From: Candidatus Omnitrophota bacterium
Lineage (GTDB): Bacteria; Omnitrophota; Gorgyraeia; Gygaellales; Profunditerraquicolaceae
DNA length: 64,000 bases
Reading direction: 5' to 3'
NCBI GenBank assembly: GCA_963805065.1
Contig: CAWDSS010000010.1
Coordinates: 472,359 to 536,358, forward strand
This document shows positions 27,201-42,200 of the stretch, in pieces (positions within the stretch are counted from its first letter, which is position 1; every line of letters starts with the position of its first letter). The position numbers were made by a program, and so were the translations under genes. The notes beneath the pieces were generated by a model. The model was not told where the DNA came from and searched no databases. It saw only the letters and a list, made by a program, of their open reading frames with translations.

Positions 27201-30200
27201 GGAGGGAATCAATGAGGCTGGCAATCTGCGCAAATTCTTGTAAAGAAGGTACATTTTTTATTTCTTCCAGAGTCGGGGGAGCACGGCAGTCGGTTGTTAA
27301 ACGTTCAATATAGAAAAGAATAATTGCTCTGTCCGCAGTAAGCTTACGCCTTTTACCCATCACCAGATCAAAACCATGCTGCCCAAGATAAATAGCGTAA
27401 TCCTTTAAAAGGCTTTGCGATGGATTATCCAAGCTTAGCCTACCAGCTGCTGGCTTATTTTCTTCTCTAAGAGGCTCTTTATTCCTCTTATTTACAAAAC
27501 CTCTAATAAAATTATTATTATTAGCTATTTGTTTATTCATAATCTTAAGATAATCCTCTAAAATTTCTTTAATAGCATTAAAGCCTTTATTAATAAGACT
27601 ATTTCCAACTTCCAGAGCAATTTTTACCGTATCAAATGGTGATGTTAGGTCTTCCTTACGGTAAAAACTATGCTTCCCTGTTAATCCTAATTGATTTTCT
27701 AAGGCAGCTATTGAATTTAAATCAACTGGAACTTGATTAGAGATTATTTTATCTATATTTCCCAAGGCCGCTTCCACTTTGTGAATTCGCATGTAGGTAC
27801 TGTCTATAATGTGAGCGGCCTGTCTAATTTTCGGCACTAATTTCACATCTTCTTCGCCCAAATTAAAGGACTTAAGTATATCTAAATATGCCTCTGGAGT
27901 TTCAATCGGGTTTGGCATAGTTTCATTTATAGGGCTGCTGGTTCCGAAGCCAGCCTCTTTTGATTCAGGATTATTGCTGCCGTTAGCAGGCACCTCGCAA
28001 GAAAATACGCCATCCACAACCTGCTCTAAGAAACCAATCGCCTGGAGAGTTATCAAGGCCTTTTTCTTTATATTGGGCTCTGACGTGGCATATTTTGCAA
28101 AAGTGGCTATCTGTTTTTCAAGCCGTTTTAACCCTGTGGCAGCCACCAATTCCTTAACATGCCTCAAAACATCTCCCTCGCGATAGCTACTGGAATGATG
28201 GAAGAATATACTCCAAATCAAAAACCTTCCTTCCTCAAGAGCGCGTATGGATTTAACATTGTTCAAGAAAGAGACGATGCTTGTCTTATTACTGCTATTT
28301 CCCCATATGGGTTTTTGTACATGCACCCAAGCCTTATATTTCCATTCAAACTCACCAATCACGCGATCACCGATATAACTTTCTTTAGCAAAAACAGTTT
28401 TAAGATTTTCTTTGCTGTCTGATCTCAAAGCCTCGATAAAATCGGAGAGTTCCTTTCTGGCGATAATGGCTCTTTCCCACAGTTTGATATGGGCTCGCGA
28501 CTGGCTCCTCTCAATATCCACCTTAGGTGTGGTGGCAATAGCTTGATACATAGCTTCCCTGCGTGATTCCTCTGTCTGATAAATCCTGCCTAACCACAAG
28601 AAAGATTCATAAAGACTCTTGACCTCGAGGTTCCGTCCTCCCATATCCGGATCTCTAGGGTCAGTATCAGAAAACTCAACCAAATGTCCATTGGTAATTT
28701 CAAGCTTATCAGCCATAAGACCTTCAACAATTTTATCGTGGAGTTTGCTTGTGGTGACCCTAGATTTAAACACGTCCAGGAGTTTCTTCGTTCGCTTTTT
28801 AACAATGTTAAACAATTCGGGCATGGCTCCGCCAAATACTCCGATTAAGACCGCAGCATTCACCAGAGCCTTCATAATGCTTGTCGCCGAGGCCTCAAGT
28901 AATTCAAAGGCCAACATAATAGCCGCATTGACTGCTTTAAAAATAATCTGTGCATCTTTAATATTGTAGTTTTCTATAAAAGCAACCCTGTTTTCTAGCC
29001 CTAATTTTTTCGCGAGCCGCTTTAACTCATCAAATAAATCCTTGGCCTCATCATCGAATAATCTGCCGCCGATAATCAGACGAGTGCCGGACTTTTTGAG
29101 CTCATCCAATGCCGAGGCGTCATTTTCAAGCCATTTAAACATTTCCTTATATTTCAACGGCCCCTTATACTTAACCTGGCGCCTGACATTTGCGGCAATA
29201 GGATGTTTCATTAAAATATCCACAAGTGTTGAGAACGTATCAAATGCATTTTGCCATTGAGATTCATCTTTGATGCCTCTTCTTATAAGTTTTTTGAAAT
29301 AATCGCGCACAGAATTTATATCCATGAGGCCATACGGCGTGTCCTTAAATATCTCTCCGAGCCAAGTGGCGCCTCCCATATCCTGCGTCTGATAAGTATT
29401 CAACCATATCAAGAACTCAAGCATATAGAGAGCCTTAATCATCTCGAGACGTTTTTTAAATTCTTCCTTCAAATCACTGTTCCGCTTTTTGGCAAAAGCA
29501 GTAAAAAGTTTCTTGTCTTCCACTTGCTCCTCAAGGCCTAACTTCTTTTTAAACTGCTCAATCAATTGTCGAAACTCTATCCCTTGCCATTTATCAAGAA
29601 GAACGCCGTTGGTGTTACGAATACTATCCGTTCTATAACTCCATACCTTATGCAACCAAGCTGGTAATACCTTTTCTCTTAAAACAGGCGTATGCTCAAA
29701 TAACCCCACGCCAGTTGTAAAATCAACGCTTAGGAGAGCGTATTCAGCAATATCTATCTCTCTTCCTTTTTCTCCTAAACGCACGATGTAAGGCCTGTAA
29801 GACTCATCAAAACCCAGCAATTCAAAAGAGTATTCCCTTGGCCTATACATCCCGTGTTTCCAGACCGTATGATTGATGTGCTGACGAATGGGCTGACGTA
29901 GTAATATGGCATCGCAAAAATGTTTTTTAGGAAGACTTACGTAAACTTCATTTTCCAGGAATATGATCTTCTCTTTTGCTGCACCTCTTTTTTGTAGTTC
30001 TTTGACTAATAGTTGCTCGGCTTCGTTATAAACTGCCATCTGGACATCGCGCCAATCATTGTCCGGATATAACTCATTAAAAATATAGATTTTCTCGTTC
30101 TTCTCATTGTAATAATAGGCATCCTGATAATAAATAGGGAACTTTCCATAGAGGCTTTGGGTCCTGTAGATGTCCACCTTTATCGGCTTTCCGATAATCT

Positions 30201-33200
30201 GGCGAGCGGCTTCCACATTGGCTTTTTGCTTAAACTCTTCTCCTGTAAGCGTAATATCCGGTATTTGAATGTCTGTCTTTTCTAAGGCTGCTCTGATAAT
30301 GTCTCCAAGAAGATTTCCATGAAGAATATCCTTTATCATTGGCTCTGGTAATTCTTTTGGCAGCTCTCTTACAATCCCTTTGATAAGATTATAAATAGAA
30401 TTAATGGAAGTTATGTCAACGCCGTTTTTGGCATCGCCATCCGTTAAATCAGGCATAAGAACTCCCAAGCCGCCCGCCATAACAACCTGTGCCACAAGAC
30501 GAGCAAGATGTTCCAAGGTCTCTTTCTTCATTAATCCTTCCTGATAAAAATTAGCGTATTTTTTAAGAATGACTTTTTCTGTCACCTCTCCGAGACGTTC
30601 AATCAAACCCCTGTCTAAGGCATTTTCGAATTGTAAACTAACGACTGTGTATTTCCCAACGACAGGTGCATTCTTCTTCACCCAGCTACGTTTATCCTGC
30701 GCTGGGTTAACATTCCTCTCAAGCGGCGAAGATGATAACCTGGCCAGCTGCTTACTGATGATGTCTTCATATTTGGCTATCTTACCGCTGGTAATCCAAT
30801 CTGGATCAAACTTTTGAAGCTGGCGTAATAATTTTTCGTAAGCTGGCTTGTCATGGACATAGAGATTAAAAAGTTCTTTGGTTGCAACAAAAATAGCTTT
30901 GGCGCTCTTCATGCGCTCTCTCACTGAAACTTTATCATTACCAATTTCAAATCCAGGCACAAGCTTAAATGCCCCTCCCATATTATAAAAATCAACCAGC
31001 CCGCCCCTGGCAGTAACAATCATGGGTACTAAAAGTTCTGCCATCTCTTGGTCAAGCAAACCACCCGGTTCATCAATAGAAGGCATATCGCCACCTTCAC
31101 TACCAGCGCCAGCCTGCCCGGCCAAAGTAGTATTAAACTCATTTACAAAAACAAACTTTCCCTTATATTTCCCCTCAGCTACAATTGCATTAAGCTTTTT
31201 AACAATATCCTTCCCAATCACATCCCTCTCACCCGCGGTACCTTGAATATATAGCTGTAATTGTGCACCGGTTGCTTTATCTTTAATGGATAAAAGGGCG
31301 TCAATCAGCTTTGGCCCGCCTTTGTAAATCGGGGCAAACAAAATATTCAAGCCTTTTTGCTTTACGATTCGTCCGATAATTAAGTTTATAAAATTATCCG
31401 GGTTGAACGCATCAAGCCCGACTTTTTTCTGAAATGCGCGCTTATTGTGTTCTTTCCAGCCAAGAACATCTTCTTCAATCTCTGCGATAAATCCTTCCTG
31501 TTTCAACGCTTGAAGATTTTCAGGTCTGTATTTCGCAGCCCTTAAGCCGTTATAGACAAACTCTAATTTATCCCTCATAGACTGCAAAACACCATCTAAT
31601 CCATAACCTCTTGCAACTGTGAGAGCCTCATTCATATGGCCTTCGCTTACAAACACAATTTTATCTGCATAAATAAATGCGCCCTTCATTAAGTTGAGGC
31701 CTTCATTACCTCCCTTTGTTTGTAATTCTGCTCTTAAATTAGTCAACTTAAAAATCTCAATGGCAAGATTGGTTTCAGAAACATGGTAATAATTTGCTGT
31801 CGGGTCTGCGTAATGGGCATGGTGCTTCAAAACACCTCTTTCAAATAAATATTGCACCAGTTTATCATTCAAAGACTCGATCATTGTGCCGGGGAATAAT
31901 CCTTGATATTCAAGATTGTGAGTTGTGAACAATCTCATAGGCCTCCTGCCTAAAGGCCATTTTTTATTAGCATATAATTCTTCTAAGAATACTGGCCCAA
32001 ATCCTGTCTGCCAGTCGTTAAAATGATAGGCGTCAAACTGAACATTTAATATTTCGGGAATAATCAGAGAAGCCAAGGGCAAGTTAATCCCCTCCAGATA
32101 TCCTCCCAAAGAATCTGGATCAGGTTTAGCATAAAGATCAAAGAAAATATTTCCCGTGCTGTCATAAAGCAATCCTATGGGTACACCTTCCTGCTCTGCA
32201 TAGATAACTTTTAGTGGGTAGGTACCAAAACCCACAGGAACCTCAATATCCATAAGCTGCTTAGCACCAAAAGCCTCCATAAAATTATCAATGGTGCCAT
32301 ACGTTACTAACACATCATTGAAGAATAGAGGTTTCGTTACAAAGGAAGCAATGCCTTCTTGAGATGAAACGATTGGAACATCACCCATATAAACCGCCTG
32401 TCCTCCACCCTGACCGGAAGCCTGTTTTAATTTATTCCCAGTTTTATCAAATAAGGGCATTTCCATAGCAACAATATTTACAGCAAATTTTCCATTCTTT
32501 CTGGCTAATGCGATTCTGTCGACAATCTTCTTGTGTAAGGCAGCATTTATCTCTACCGGGTTAATTGGGCTGCTTGTACCAAGTTTTTTAGAAAGGGAAT
32601 ATTCTGAAATTATATCTATGTTCTTATCAGAACCTTTGAAATAATAAAGCGCGGCAGTTTTTGCTTTAAATCCTCCCCAAACTCTGCTATGTAATATATC
32701 CAACACCTGCTTTTCATTTTCTGTTAATTCTTCTTCCAAGTAGCCCATAGTAGCATGCGGTTTATATGTAGCATAAGCCAGTACAATTTCCGGAGCTATC
32801 TGCTCATGTAATGCAATTATTTCAACGAGGCGAGTGAAATCAGCATCGTTCATGTGCATCGGAACATATAAAGCTAAGTTAGGTTTAGGCATTACTCCTA
32901 AACCCCTGGCTTCAAAATTGACGATAGATAATCTGGCGGGCAATATCTCATCAGAGAGGATTTTGGCTTTCTTAATAAAATCCTGTTTAATCGGATTAAC
33001 GGATGGCTTAAAACCAACTATGGTAACGTGATTGGTTTTCGGATTATTCCAAGAAATTTTGTCTAATATAGCTTGTGTTAACTCCTGTTTCAAAACAGAT
33101 TGTGTTTCTTCCATCATTCTAGTCTCAATAGGAAATGCGGAATAAATACTGTATCGCTGAGCTACAATAGAGATTGTCGGGCTGCTGACTTCAGCCTTTT

Positions 33201-36200
33201 GAGCTAAAATATTATAGTTATCTAAAGTCGGCCTTCCTGGATTCACATGTTTGACCATAGGCTCGGCATACTTAATGACAAAACCCGATCTTTCCAGATA
33301 GAGCTTAATTGTATCAAGAGTAAAATGGAATAAATGTTCCATTAAATTCAAAGATGGGCCATCCTTGGGCGTCATGGGCACACGTAAAAATACAAATCTT
33401 TCTGGCTTCAAAATACTATGTATCTTCTTTAAGAAAACCAGAGGTTCTTTTAAATGCTCTATTACAGAAAAAGCAGTTATAAGGTCGAAATCTTTACTTA
33501 TGAAATTTGTCTCCAGAAAATCATTATTTATAACCTTGATGCCGCTCTGTCTTATTCTTTGGCAAGTTTTTTCGCTTAATTCAACAACAGTAATATTCCA
33601 ATCTCTTTCTTTTGCTTCTTCATATGTCAGGCTTACTCCCGGCCCGATTTCTAAATATTCTAATTTGGGTCCAAACAATATCTCGGGATCGGCCTGTCTT
33701 AAGGCAGCCTCAACAGTATCAAATTCCTCCTGAGCCCTTCTGCGTATTTCTTCTTCCGGCAACAATTTTGCATATCCAAATTGTAAACAATTGAGGCTCT
33801 CAAAATATCTATCACTATAAATATACTCAAAATATGTTTCCCCGGGTTGAGGGTTCATAAATATCAATCCCTCGGCATCGATATCAAAGAAAATTTGCCT
33901 TCCGTTGAGCACAATAGAGGTAACATGCGGATAATCACCCAGGTAAATGAATTCATCAAACACGCTTTCTGGTAAATCAGAAAGATTTATGTGGTCTGCC
34001 ACAGGAACTGCTGCATCAACCTCTTTAAACTGATAGATATTTGCTTTTCTATTTATGCCCTCCTGAACAGCCATCGGGCTGCTGACTGAACCCTCTACCT
34101 CTTCTTCATCATTCATGACATAGCGGTTAATAAACTCATCGGTCGTCATGTGCTCCAGAGGCTTAGTTGTTATGGTATTCCAAAACGCTTCTATTGCCTT
34201 TAATTTTCCCCAGCCGAATTGATGCAAAATCCCCATGGCTTTTTTAACATAATCATTTCTTTCTGTTTCCAGCCTCATCCATTTCCAAAACGCATCCATC
34301 GCTTCATAACAGGCCAAATCAAAGCTGTATTGCTCTATACATTTTTTTTCATCAAGAGGATAAAATTTAAGCACATCCTTTTGAGTAATCAGATACTCAA
34401 AAGGCCTTTTGTCTTTTGTTGTTTCCCAAAAATCATTTACTGACGGCATCAAGAAAATAATACCGCTCCTTGGATGCAGATGAGCTGCTACTTTGCATAT
34501 TTTTGAATCGAAAGGAGCAGCAAAAGAACATGTTAAATTATCTTCTCCTGTAATTTGATATCCCTTCCTAATCCACCATAAACCCGGCTCTTTCTTTAAG
34601 AAAGCATATTCACAATAACCATCTTTTAGAGCTAATTTGACAGAATCAGCAACGATCTTTCTGTCTTTCACGAAGACCCCTTCATTGGCTCCAAGACTAC
34701 TAAGTAATTCGCGAGCATTTCTTGCTCGGCTCGAATCTCTTACAAAAGAATTGCTCGATACATAAACGTTATTGAAATCCCCGGTAGCTTTTCCTATTGC
34801 TACAATGCCAACTATGAAAGCAAGCAATAAAGTAGAGAGCCATAATTGAGGCAAGTTCATAACATTAAAAATCAAAGAATAAAATGAAATCGAAATAACG
34901 ACTAAACTAACTGCAGCTATAACTCCATCTTGTGAAATAAGCTTAGCCAGTTTTTCATGGCGGGCTGAAAAATCCTCTACCGTTGTCTTCCATGACTCAA
35001 CTACTCTATTACGCGTCTCTTTTAAGCCTGAAACCATCGGGCTGCTACCCTGTCTATTAATCCTGTCTAGAATTTTGTTAATTCTATTATTAACTGAATC
35101 AATGATAACTGACTTAAGCAGGACTGCTTTGCGGTATTGCTCTAACAAGGATTGTTCATACGCCTTTGCGGATAGACTTGAATCAACCTCGGCCCTTGCA
35201 TTCTCAAACGAAATTCCTCCTTCTCTTACCTTCTTTGTAATAAATAACGGCCTTGCGCCTTCAGATATTCTGGATGGCTCATAAGGAGCCTTGGTTATCA
35301 ATTTTAGAATACCTTCATCCGTTCCATTAAACGCACCTAAATCAATCTTTTTAACATCAAATCCTGCCATGGTTAACATCGTGGCAAAGGTTATGTAATT
35401 AAAATGGATTAAATGATAAGAATGAATTTCGCCAAACTCTTTACCCTGAAGTACACCCAGTAAGCTCAACATATCTGGAGATTGTGCGATTAGGATTCCA
35501 TTATCCTTAAGGAGGGAATTTGCTTTCTTAAGCATGGCCAGTGGCTCTGTGGTATGCTCTAATACATCAATCAAAGTAATAATATCAAATGTACCGGCTA
35601 TATCAAATATAGTGCCTTGTTTAACCGGTATGCCTACTTCTGCAGCCCTTACTACAGCTTCTTCTGATATCTCTATTCCTTCAGCGCGCCAACCTAACTC
35701 CTGAGCTGCTTTAACCAGCCATCCACAGGCAGCTCTTACATCAAGCAGTCTTATTGCTTCATAATCCTTGATGCCAAATAATCTTTTTACAGGTTCCAAT
35801 ATACCTTCTTTAAGGTTCTGAGTGCTTTCTCTCTTGCCAAAATAGTCGTTATATCCTCCCTTCCCTTCGCCTTGCTGGAAATAATCAAACCCATACATCT
35901 TTTTAAGTTCGCTTTCAGTCGGGAATGGTTGATTAAATACTAATCTACATCTCTGGCATTTAAGAATATCAAATTTACGATTGATGCCCCTGTATAATCT
36001 ATTACCAAGGTAAACTTCTAATTCTCCAGATTTGCATAAAGGACATCGTATAGGGCTACCGGATAACCCATCCCTAGCTCTCTCCAATAACTCAAATACT
36101 CCCAGCTCTTCTAAATCTTTAATAGCATCCTTTTTATTTAGTGCAGATTTTAGAAGTTTTCCCATTCCCTTATCTACGGCTATGCCAACAGCTGCTCTTA

Positions 36201-39200
36201 AAGGCATCGTTTTTACAGCTGACCTCATCATTTCATATATATCCTTTTCAATCTCTAAGCTAAACTGATGCTTAAGACGCAATGCTCTTAAAACTGAACC
36301 TAAGAATAAATTATTGCCGTCACCAGCAAAACTAACTTTTCTTCTTAATAAATCTTCCAGGCTCTCTACATGGCCATACAAATACCCTTCGCTATCCATT
36401 GCCATATATAATAAAGAAGGTCCAGTATATGAGAGGTACATTTGTTTAGTACCAGCATCCACCATGAATTGCTTTGCGAAGTATTTTTCTCCTGTGCCTT
36501 CATATACACCCTCTGCTGGTCCGACATATTCCACAGAGGCGCCGCGGAATAAAACAATATTCTCTCTTCCGCTTTTGATTAACTTCTCTGTTTGGACGCC
36601 CATAGTTGCGGAAAGTTTAGATAATGCCTGCATGGCTCTGTCATTAATTGCTTTAGTTGCCCTGCTTCTTGTGTTAATAAGCCTTTCCCCTTCTTCCGGA
36701 GTGACAAAGATTTTTACTGTTATATCTATATCAGACACTGGCAAATTGAATAAAATGTCTCTAATGGTCCCTCCTATAATAACAATATCCGTTAATCCAT
36801 TTTTATTAAGCAATTCTAAGAAGGCCTTTAATTTCGAATCTCGCATTACTGCTGGATTGATTCTCTTCTCTTCGATAGCTTTCTTAACTAAAGCAATATC
36901 TAAATTTGGAACCTGACGCTTCCACAATCTTATCGGACTTGATGTAGCATTTAGCTCATTCAATTCTTTTCTAAGAAGTGTTAATTCGTTTTCTAGCTTA
37001 GTGGCTTTTTCTTTTGCTACTTTAAGATTGCTTTCTGCTTCTTTTTCCTGGATAAGGACGTTATTCTTACGGACCTGTATGTCATTTAACTTCTGAGCTA
37101 CTGTCTGTGCTTTATTTTGAATCGGTTTTAAGGCCTCATTCAGGGCGCTGACTGTATTTTGCCTATTTAACTTGGTGGCATTTTCAATATCTTCCGTAAG
37201 TTCCTTAACAACAGTATCGATATCTGACTTTTCTTTAACCGCGGCATTCAATTGTGTTATTAAGTCGTTTTCTTGGGTGAGTGCAGCATCAAGCTTGGGC
37301 TGAAGAGCTGCAACAGCTTGTTTAAGCTCTCTTAAGCTGTTTTCTTTCTCGCCAATAACTTTGTTCAACTCTACTATTTTCTCTAGCCTCTTTATTCTTT
37401 CTGCATCCTCTTTCTTCTTCTGCTCAATTGTTTCGGCTAAGACCTTGGCTGTATTTAGCCTGCCTTTTTCTTGAGCTTCTTTGAGGGATTGCTCGAGTTC
37501 AGAGAGGCTGGCTTGCAGTTTGGAGAGAGCTTGTTTGGGTTCTGGAGAGGGCTTCTTAGACACTTCAACTACTTCTAAATGTTCCGGAGAGTCAACTACC
37601 CATTCTTCCCATTCTTCATAACCCTCCCAGTACGGACCAGTGCAACTATATCTTGTTTCATTATGTCCTACTTCTGGTTTATATATTAGCTTGAAGAAGT
37701 CTAAGCCTTTTTCTCTGATTTTGACAGCCATAGGTAGTAAACCAAAAAGATAACCTTCTGAATGAAACTGAGTTTTTTCAGTAACTTGCATTGCCTGAGT
37801 TTTTAATTCAGAAAGAATGTTTTGAATGAACTTGGCCTTGGGACCACCGATCTTAATAATTGCCTCGGCCATTGTTTGAGGTAAGTTTCCGGAGCGCAAC
37901 TTTTCCATTAATGGCTCTATGGCAATCGGGTTACCCAGCTTGCCAAGAGCTATGCCTATGGCTTGAAGCGCATCGCCAGTTGAAGATTTTAAGGCTGCAA
38001 TCAAGGGTTCCACAGCTTCAACGTCAAGTAAATCACCTAAGGCAATAGCAGCTTCTTTGCGTACCACTAAATCAGAGCTCTTCAGAGCTTTAATGTTAGC
38101 CTTAACCAGCTTTTCTTTGCTAACTCCGATATTTTCTAAAGTTTTTCTTGAAGCCTGGCGAACGCTGATTGCTTTATCCTCAAAAAGCTCTAGCAAATGG
38201 TCTGTAGCTTTTGTGTCTCTGAGAATATCAAGGGATTTTACTGCTGCTTCGCGTACCTGCCACGTAGAATCTTTTAAAGCTCTAATCAAGAATTCTAAGG
38301 CTTTTTTATCCTTTAATTCACCCAAGGATAGGGCTGCATCAACTCTCACATTTGAGTCTGGACTCTGCAATGCCTTAATGTTAGCTTCAACAAACTGATC
38401 TTGAGTGGCTCCCAATTTTCTTAACACTGTGATTGCAGATATACGAACATTTCTATTCTCGTGAGAAAGTTTTTCTAAAATATCTCCTATGGCATTTTTT
38501 GCTGATAAAATTCCCAAAACCGTCATTGCTGTTATCTGTGAATCTGAACGGCCTTCTTTCAATACCTTTAATAAACTCTCTATAGAAATTTTCTGAATTC
38601 TCTTACTTTTAACCTTTTGCCATTTTTCAGCAAAACTGACAATCTCTGACTCAGTCGCAGGTCTTAAATAACGTTCGCCTTTTAAGATACTGAATACAAA
38701 AGTGGCATTGACTACCAAGCCTATCAGAGAACCGAGATATCCAACAACCAAACCTATCGGTTCCTCTATGGATACCCATGCGAAGAAAATATAAACGCCT
38801 AATCCGGCCAAACTCATTGGCAGAAAATCTTCGGGAGCGCCTGCAGGATCAAAAAACCCGCGATATAATATTTTGGTAATTATCGAAATTCTATTTCTAA
38901 TGCCCAAACCAAAATTCTTGGTAATTTTATTAACTTCATAAGCATTCTTGATGGGGTAAATGACAGAGAAAATCACAAAAGGAACTATATAGGGTAGGGA
39001 AATCCACAATGCAAATCGCCACCCAATAGGAATAGCGCTCAAGAAACTTGTTACAGACTCTAATAGTGGGACGATGTTGTTAAAAATTGACAAAATCGGG
39101 CTGCTGGATGGCACGCCATAAATGATTGAGGCAAGTGGACGTCCACCGTGATCCTTGAAATACTTTCCTGTTGTGCTATTCAGCCCTGGCTCACCCATTA

Positions 39201-42200
39201 CCTTACCGTAGCCTTGAACATATTGCTGTACATCAAGACGGCTGCCAAGCAAGATTGCGTCTTTGGCTCCCAGATAGCTCATTGCTTCAGCTATCTCTGA
39301 AATGCTCATTTCCAGCTTATCTTGTGGATATCCGGACATTGATAAGATGATAATATTTCCTTCTTTATTGGCTCCTATGGCAGAAAAGCTCATCGTATCC
39401 GCTTCAGGGTTCCAGCTAACGGAATTCCCGTCAAGACCCTTTATATTCTCTTTTAGTAAATGGTATTTAAATTCGCTGTTTTCAATCAGAAGCGGCCCCC
39501 CTATTGCAAATTTAATCCCGGAAATATTCTCCTGAGGAATGCCATTTGCAAAGTTAACGGCAAAAAGATGATTTTCTGCTTTCTCTAAAATGAAGAAGTA
39601 ATGAGTGCCTTCGAGTAATTGCACTGAATCCTGCATAAGGCCTGGCGCTGTCTTGGAAATAACTTTTCCATTTATGATTATGGCTGTATTCGCCTCCCAA
39701 AAGTTACTCTGATGGCCGTTAACCGCCAAAACCATATTTAACTTATACACTAGATTATGGAGTCTGACAAATTCATCTATTATATAGCCCGGGAAATGCA
39801 CAAAGCGCTTGTTAAGTTGAAAGGCTAGCTTTGGAGTCTGGGCCCACTTGCTGAAATCATATTTTGGCGCTACCAAGTTATACCAAAGCTTCAGGCTGAC
39901 TTTGTTCAAATCTACTACGATACCCCTTCCTTCAGCAAAAGTAGTCTTATTTTCAAAGATAACCTTTGAAACTTCTAAACCATTAATATGATTATCATAA
40001 GGATAAACTTTTAAGCCGGACAAAACCGGGCTGGATGTCTCATGCGAAGAGCTAAGCTTATCAAATTCAACTACAGCTTTCTGAAATTCTAATTTGTGCA
40101 TTGCAATTTGCTTTTGAGTTAATCTGAATCGTTGGCTCAGACCACGCGCTAATTTTTCCAAATCTTCTTTCTTAAAATACTGTTCTGCAAATGCTATGTT
40201 TAAGGGTAATAATTGATCGAATTGAGACATAACTTCGGTTTTAATCTTTTTGGTAAGAGATTCGTCTTCCGCTATGGTGTCCTCGTTTTTCAACCACATT
40301 AAAACATCCATTACAGCTTCTTTTCTGGCTTGAGTCTTTTGTATCTGGTCCAAACTAGTATATAAACTTATTAATTCTTCCCGAAGTTTGGCTAACCCAT
40401 TTTTCGTTTCCTTAATCGACTTATTAAGTTCTGCAAGCTTATTTGTCTTGGTTGCAATAATACGTCTCAACTCAGAACGCCTTAAACTATTCTGCCTCTT
40501 TTCATTTATTCTGCTGATTGCTGCCTTAATAGATAAAGAGATTTCTGTTGACTTTTCAGCCATCGGGCTGCTGCCCTGACCGTCATCTGTAATGTTAGGA
40601 TAGGATTTTCCAAAAAGATTAAATGCAATCATCGTTTTGGCCATCTCTAAGAATTCTTCATATCTCTTTAATCCTCTTTCTACCTGTCTTATGTATTCTT
40701 CTATTCCTTCTCCTTTATAAATACTGGGGTGTTTCAAATTAGCCAGGTTTTGTTCCGCTATCTTAAGACTATCAATAAAACTTGCCAACACCGCTTTAGC
40801 TTCCCCGATTTCAAGGGCAAATAACAATTCCTTTTCTAAAACAAATAGGTTGGGATGAGGAACTGCTGAGCGAAGCTCTTCATCCAGAAATCCATATTTT
40901 CTAATTAATGCTGCTACCGCATAGTGTAACAGGTTTGAGTACGCTCTATCGGCATAACTAATTTTCTTCTCATAACCAAAAATCATGGGCTTATGGAAGA
41001 AGATAAACCCGTAATCAGGCTCATACCAATTCAACTTCGTAAGTAAAGCCTCGGCTACTTCGCCGCCAAATTCGCTAAGCAGCCCTTCGTAATACTGTGG
41101 CGTAACAGTATTGGGTTGATGAGTCATGATATATATAATCAAATTATTTAAATAATTATTCTGTTTCTCTGTATTATATTGCGCACAAACAATTTTGGAG
41201 GCTTGATTGAATTGCTTTGCATTAAATTCAATAACTTTAAGCTCCAATAAGCTAGCCAATCTATGGGCAAACTCAGAAGAAGTAATTTTTCTATTCTGAA
41301 TGTTAATAATCCCTATTGCTTCAATGGCTTGGTCAATTCTTATCTCAATGTCGTCCAGGGTAATGGGGCTTGTGGCTTCCTTGCTTTCATACTTCTGCGG
41401 ATTAATCAGCATATCGAGGTAATCGGGATGATCCATGATGTAACGGTAGCCCACATAAGGCAGATAAGCAAGACCAGTTATAGGGCCTTCTTTCTTGACA
41501 AGGTTGGTAAGGGCATTACGGATATCGGTTGCTGAGGCAAGCCCTACGCCTTTTAAGAAAGCATGATCCACGGCGGTAGTAATAGGCACGGGTCTTTCTC
41601 CTCGCTGAATGAACAAGACTTTAATCGAATGAACCTCTTTGTTGAAGCCATATTGGTTAGCCTTGGACTCAGGCAATTCTTCAAACTTCTGGATAGTATC
41701 TAGCGTAGGCTCCACGCCATAGTAAGCCGCCCAATTCTTGTAATCCTCTGTGTCTTTACGCATCTCCTGGGGTGCCTGGATAGAGCCTTTGATAATCGTG
41801 CCGTCCGTAAGGACAAACGGTATATTTTTGCCGTTTTCATCCTTCTCCATTTTATTCTCAGCCCATCTGTTATAATGGTCACCACCAACAAGATAAAATG
41901 CCTTAATGGGTTGTTTGGGATTCAGAGATAAAATACGGAAGGTGTCATATTCGGCGTCGTAGCTGACGTTTTCAGAATAGCCGAATAACGGCGCAAAAAT
42001 TTTCATTTGCTGCTCGGAGAGTTCATAGCGGTAAGGCTCTGTTACTTTTAAAATTTTCTTACGCCAATCCTTGCCGCTCTGGATATCGTAGTAGACTTTG
42101 TCTACTCTTTGCTCTGCAATCGCCTTGAAGCCAATGAGAAAATGATCCCACTGCGGCGGATTAGCTGCAATACCGAAGAGGGCAAGGTTTAAGACTCTGT

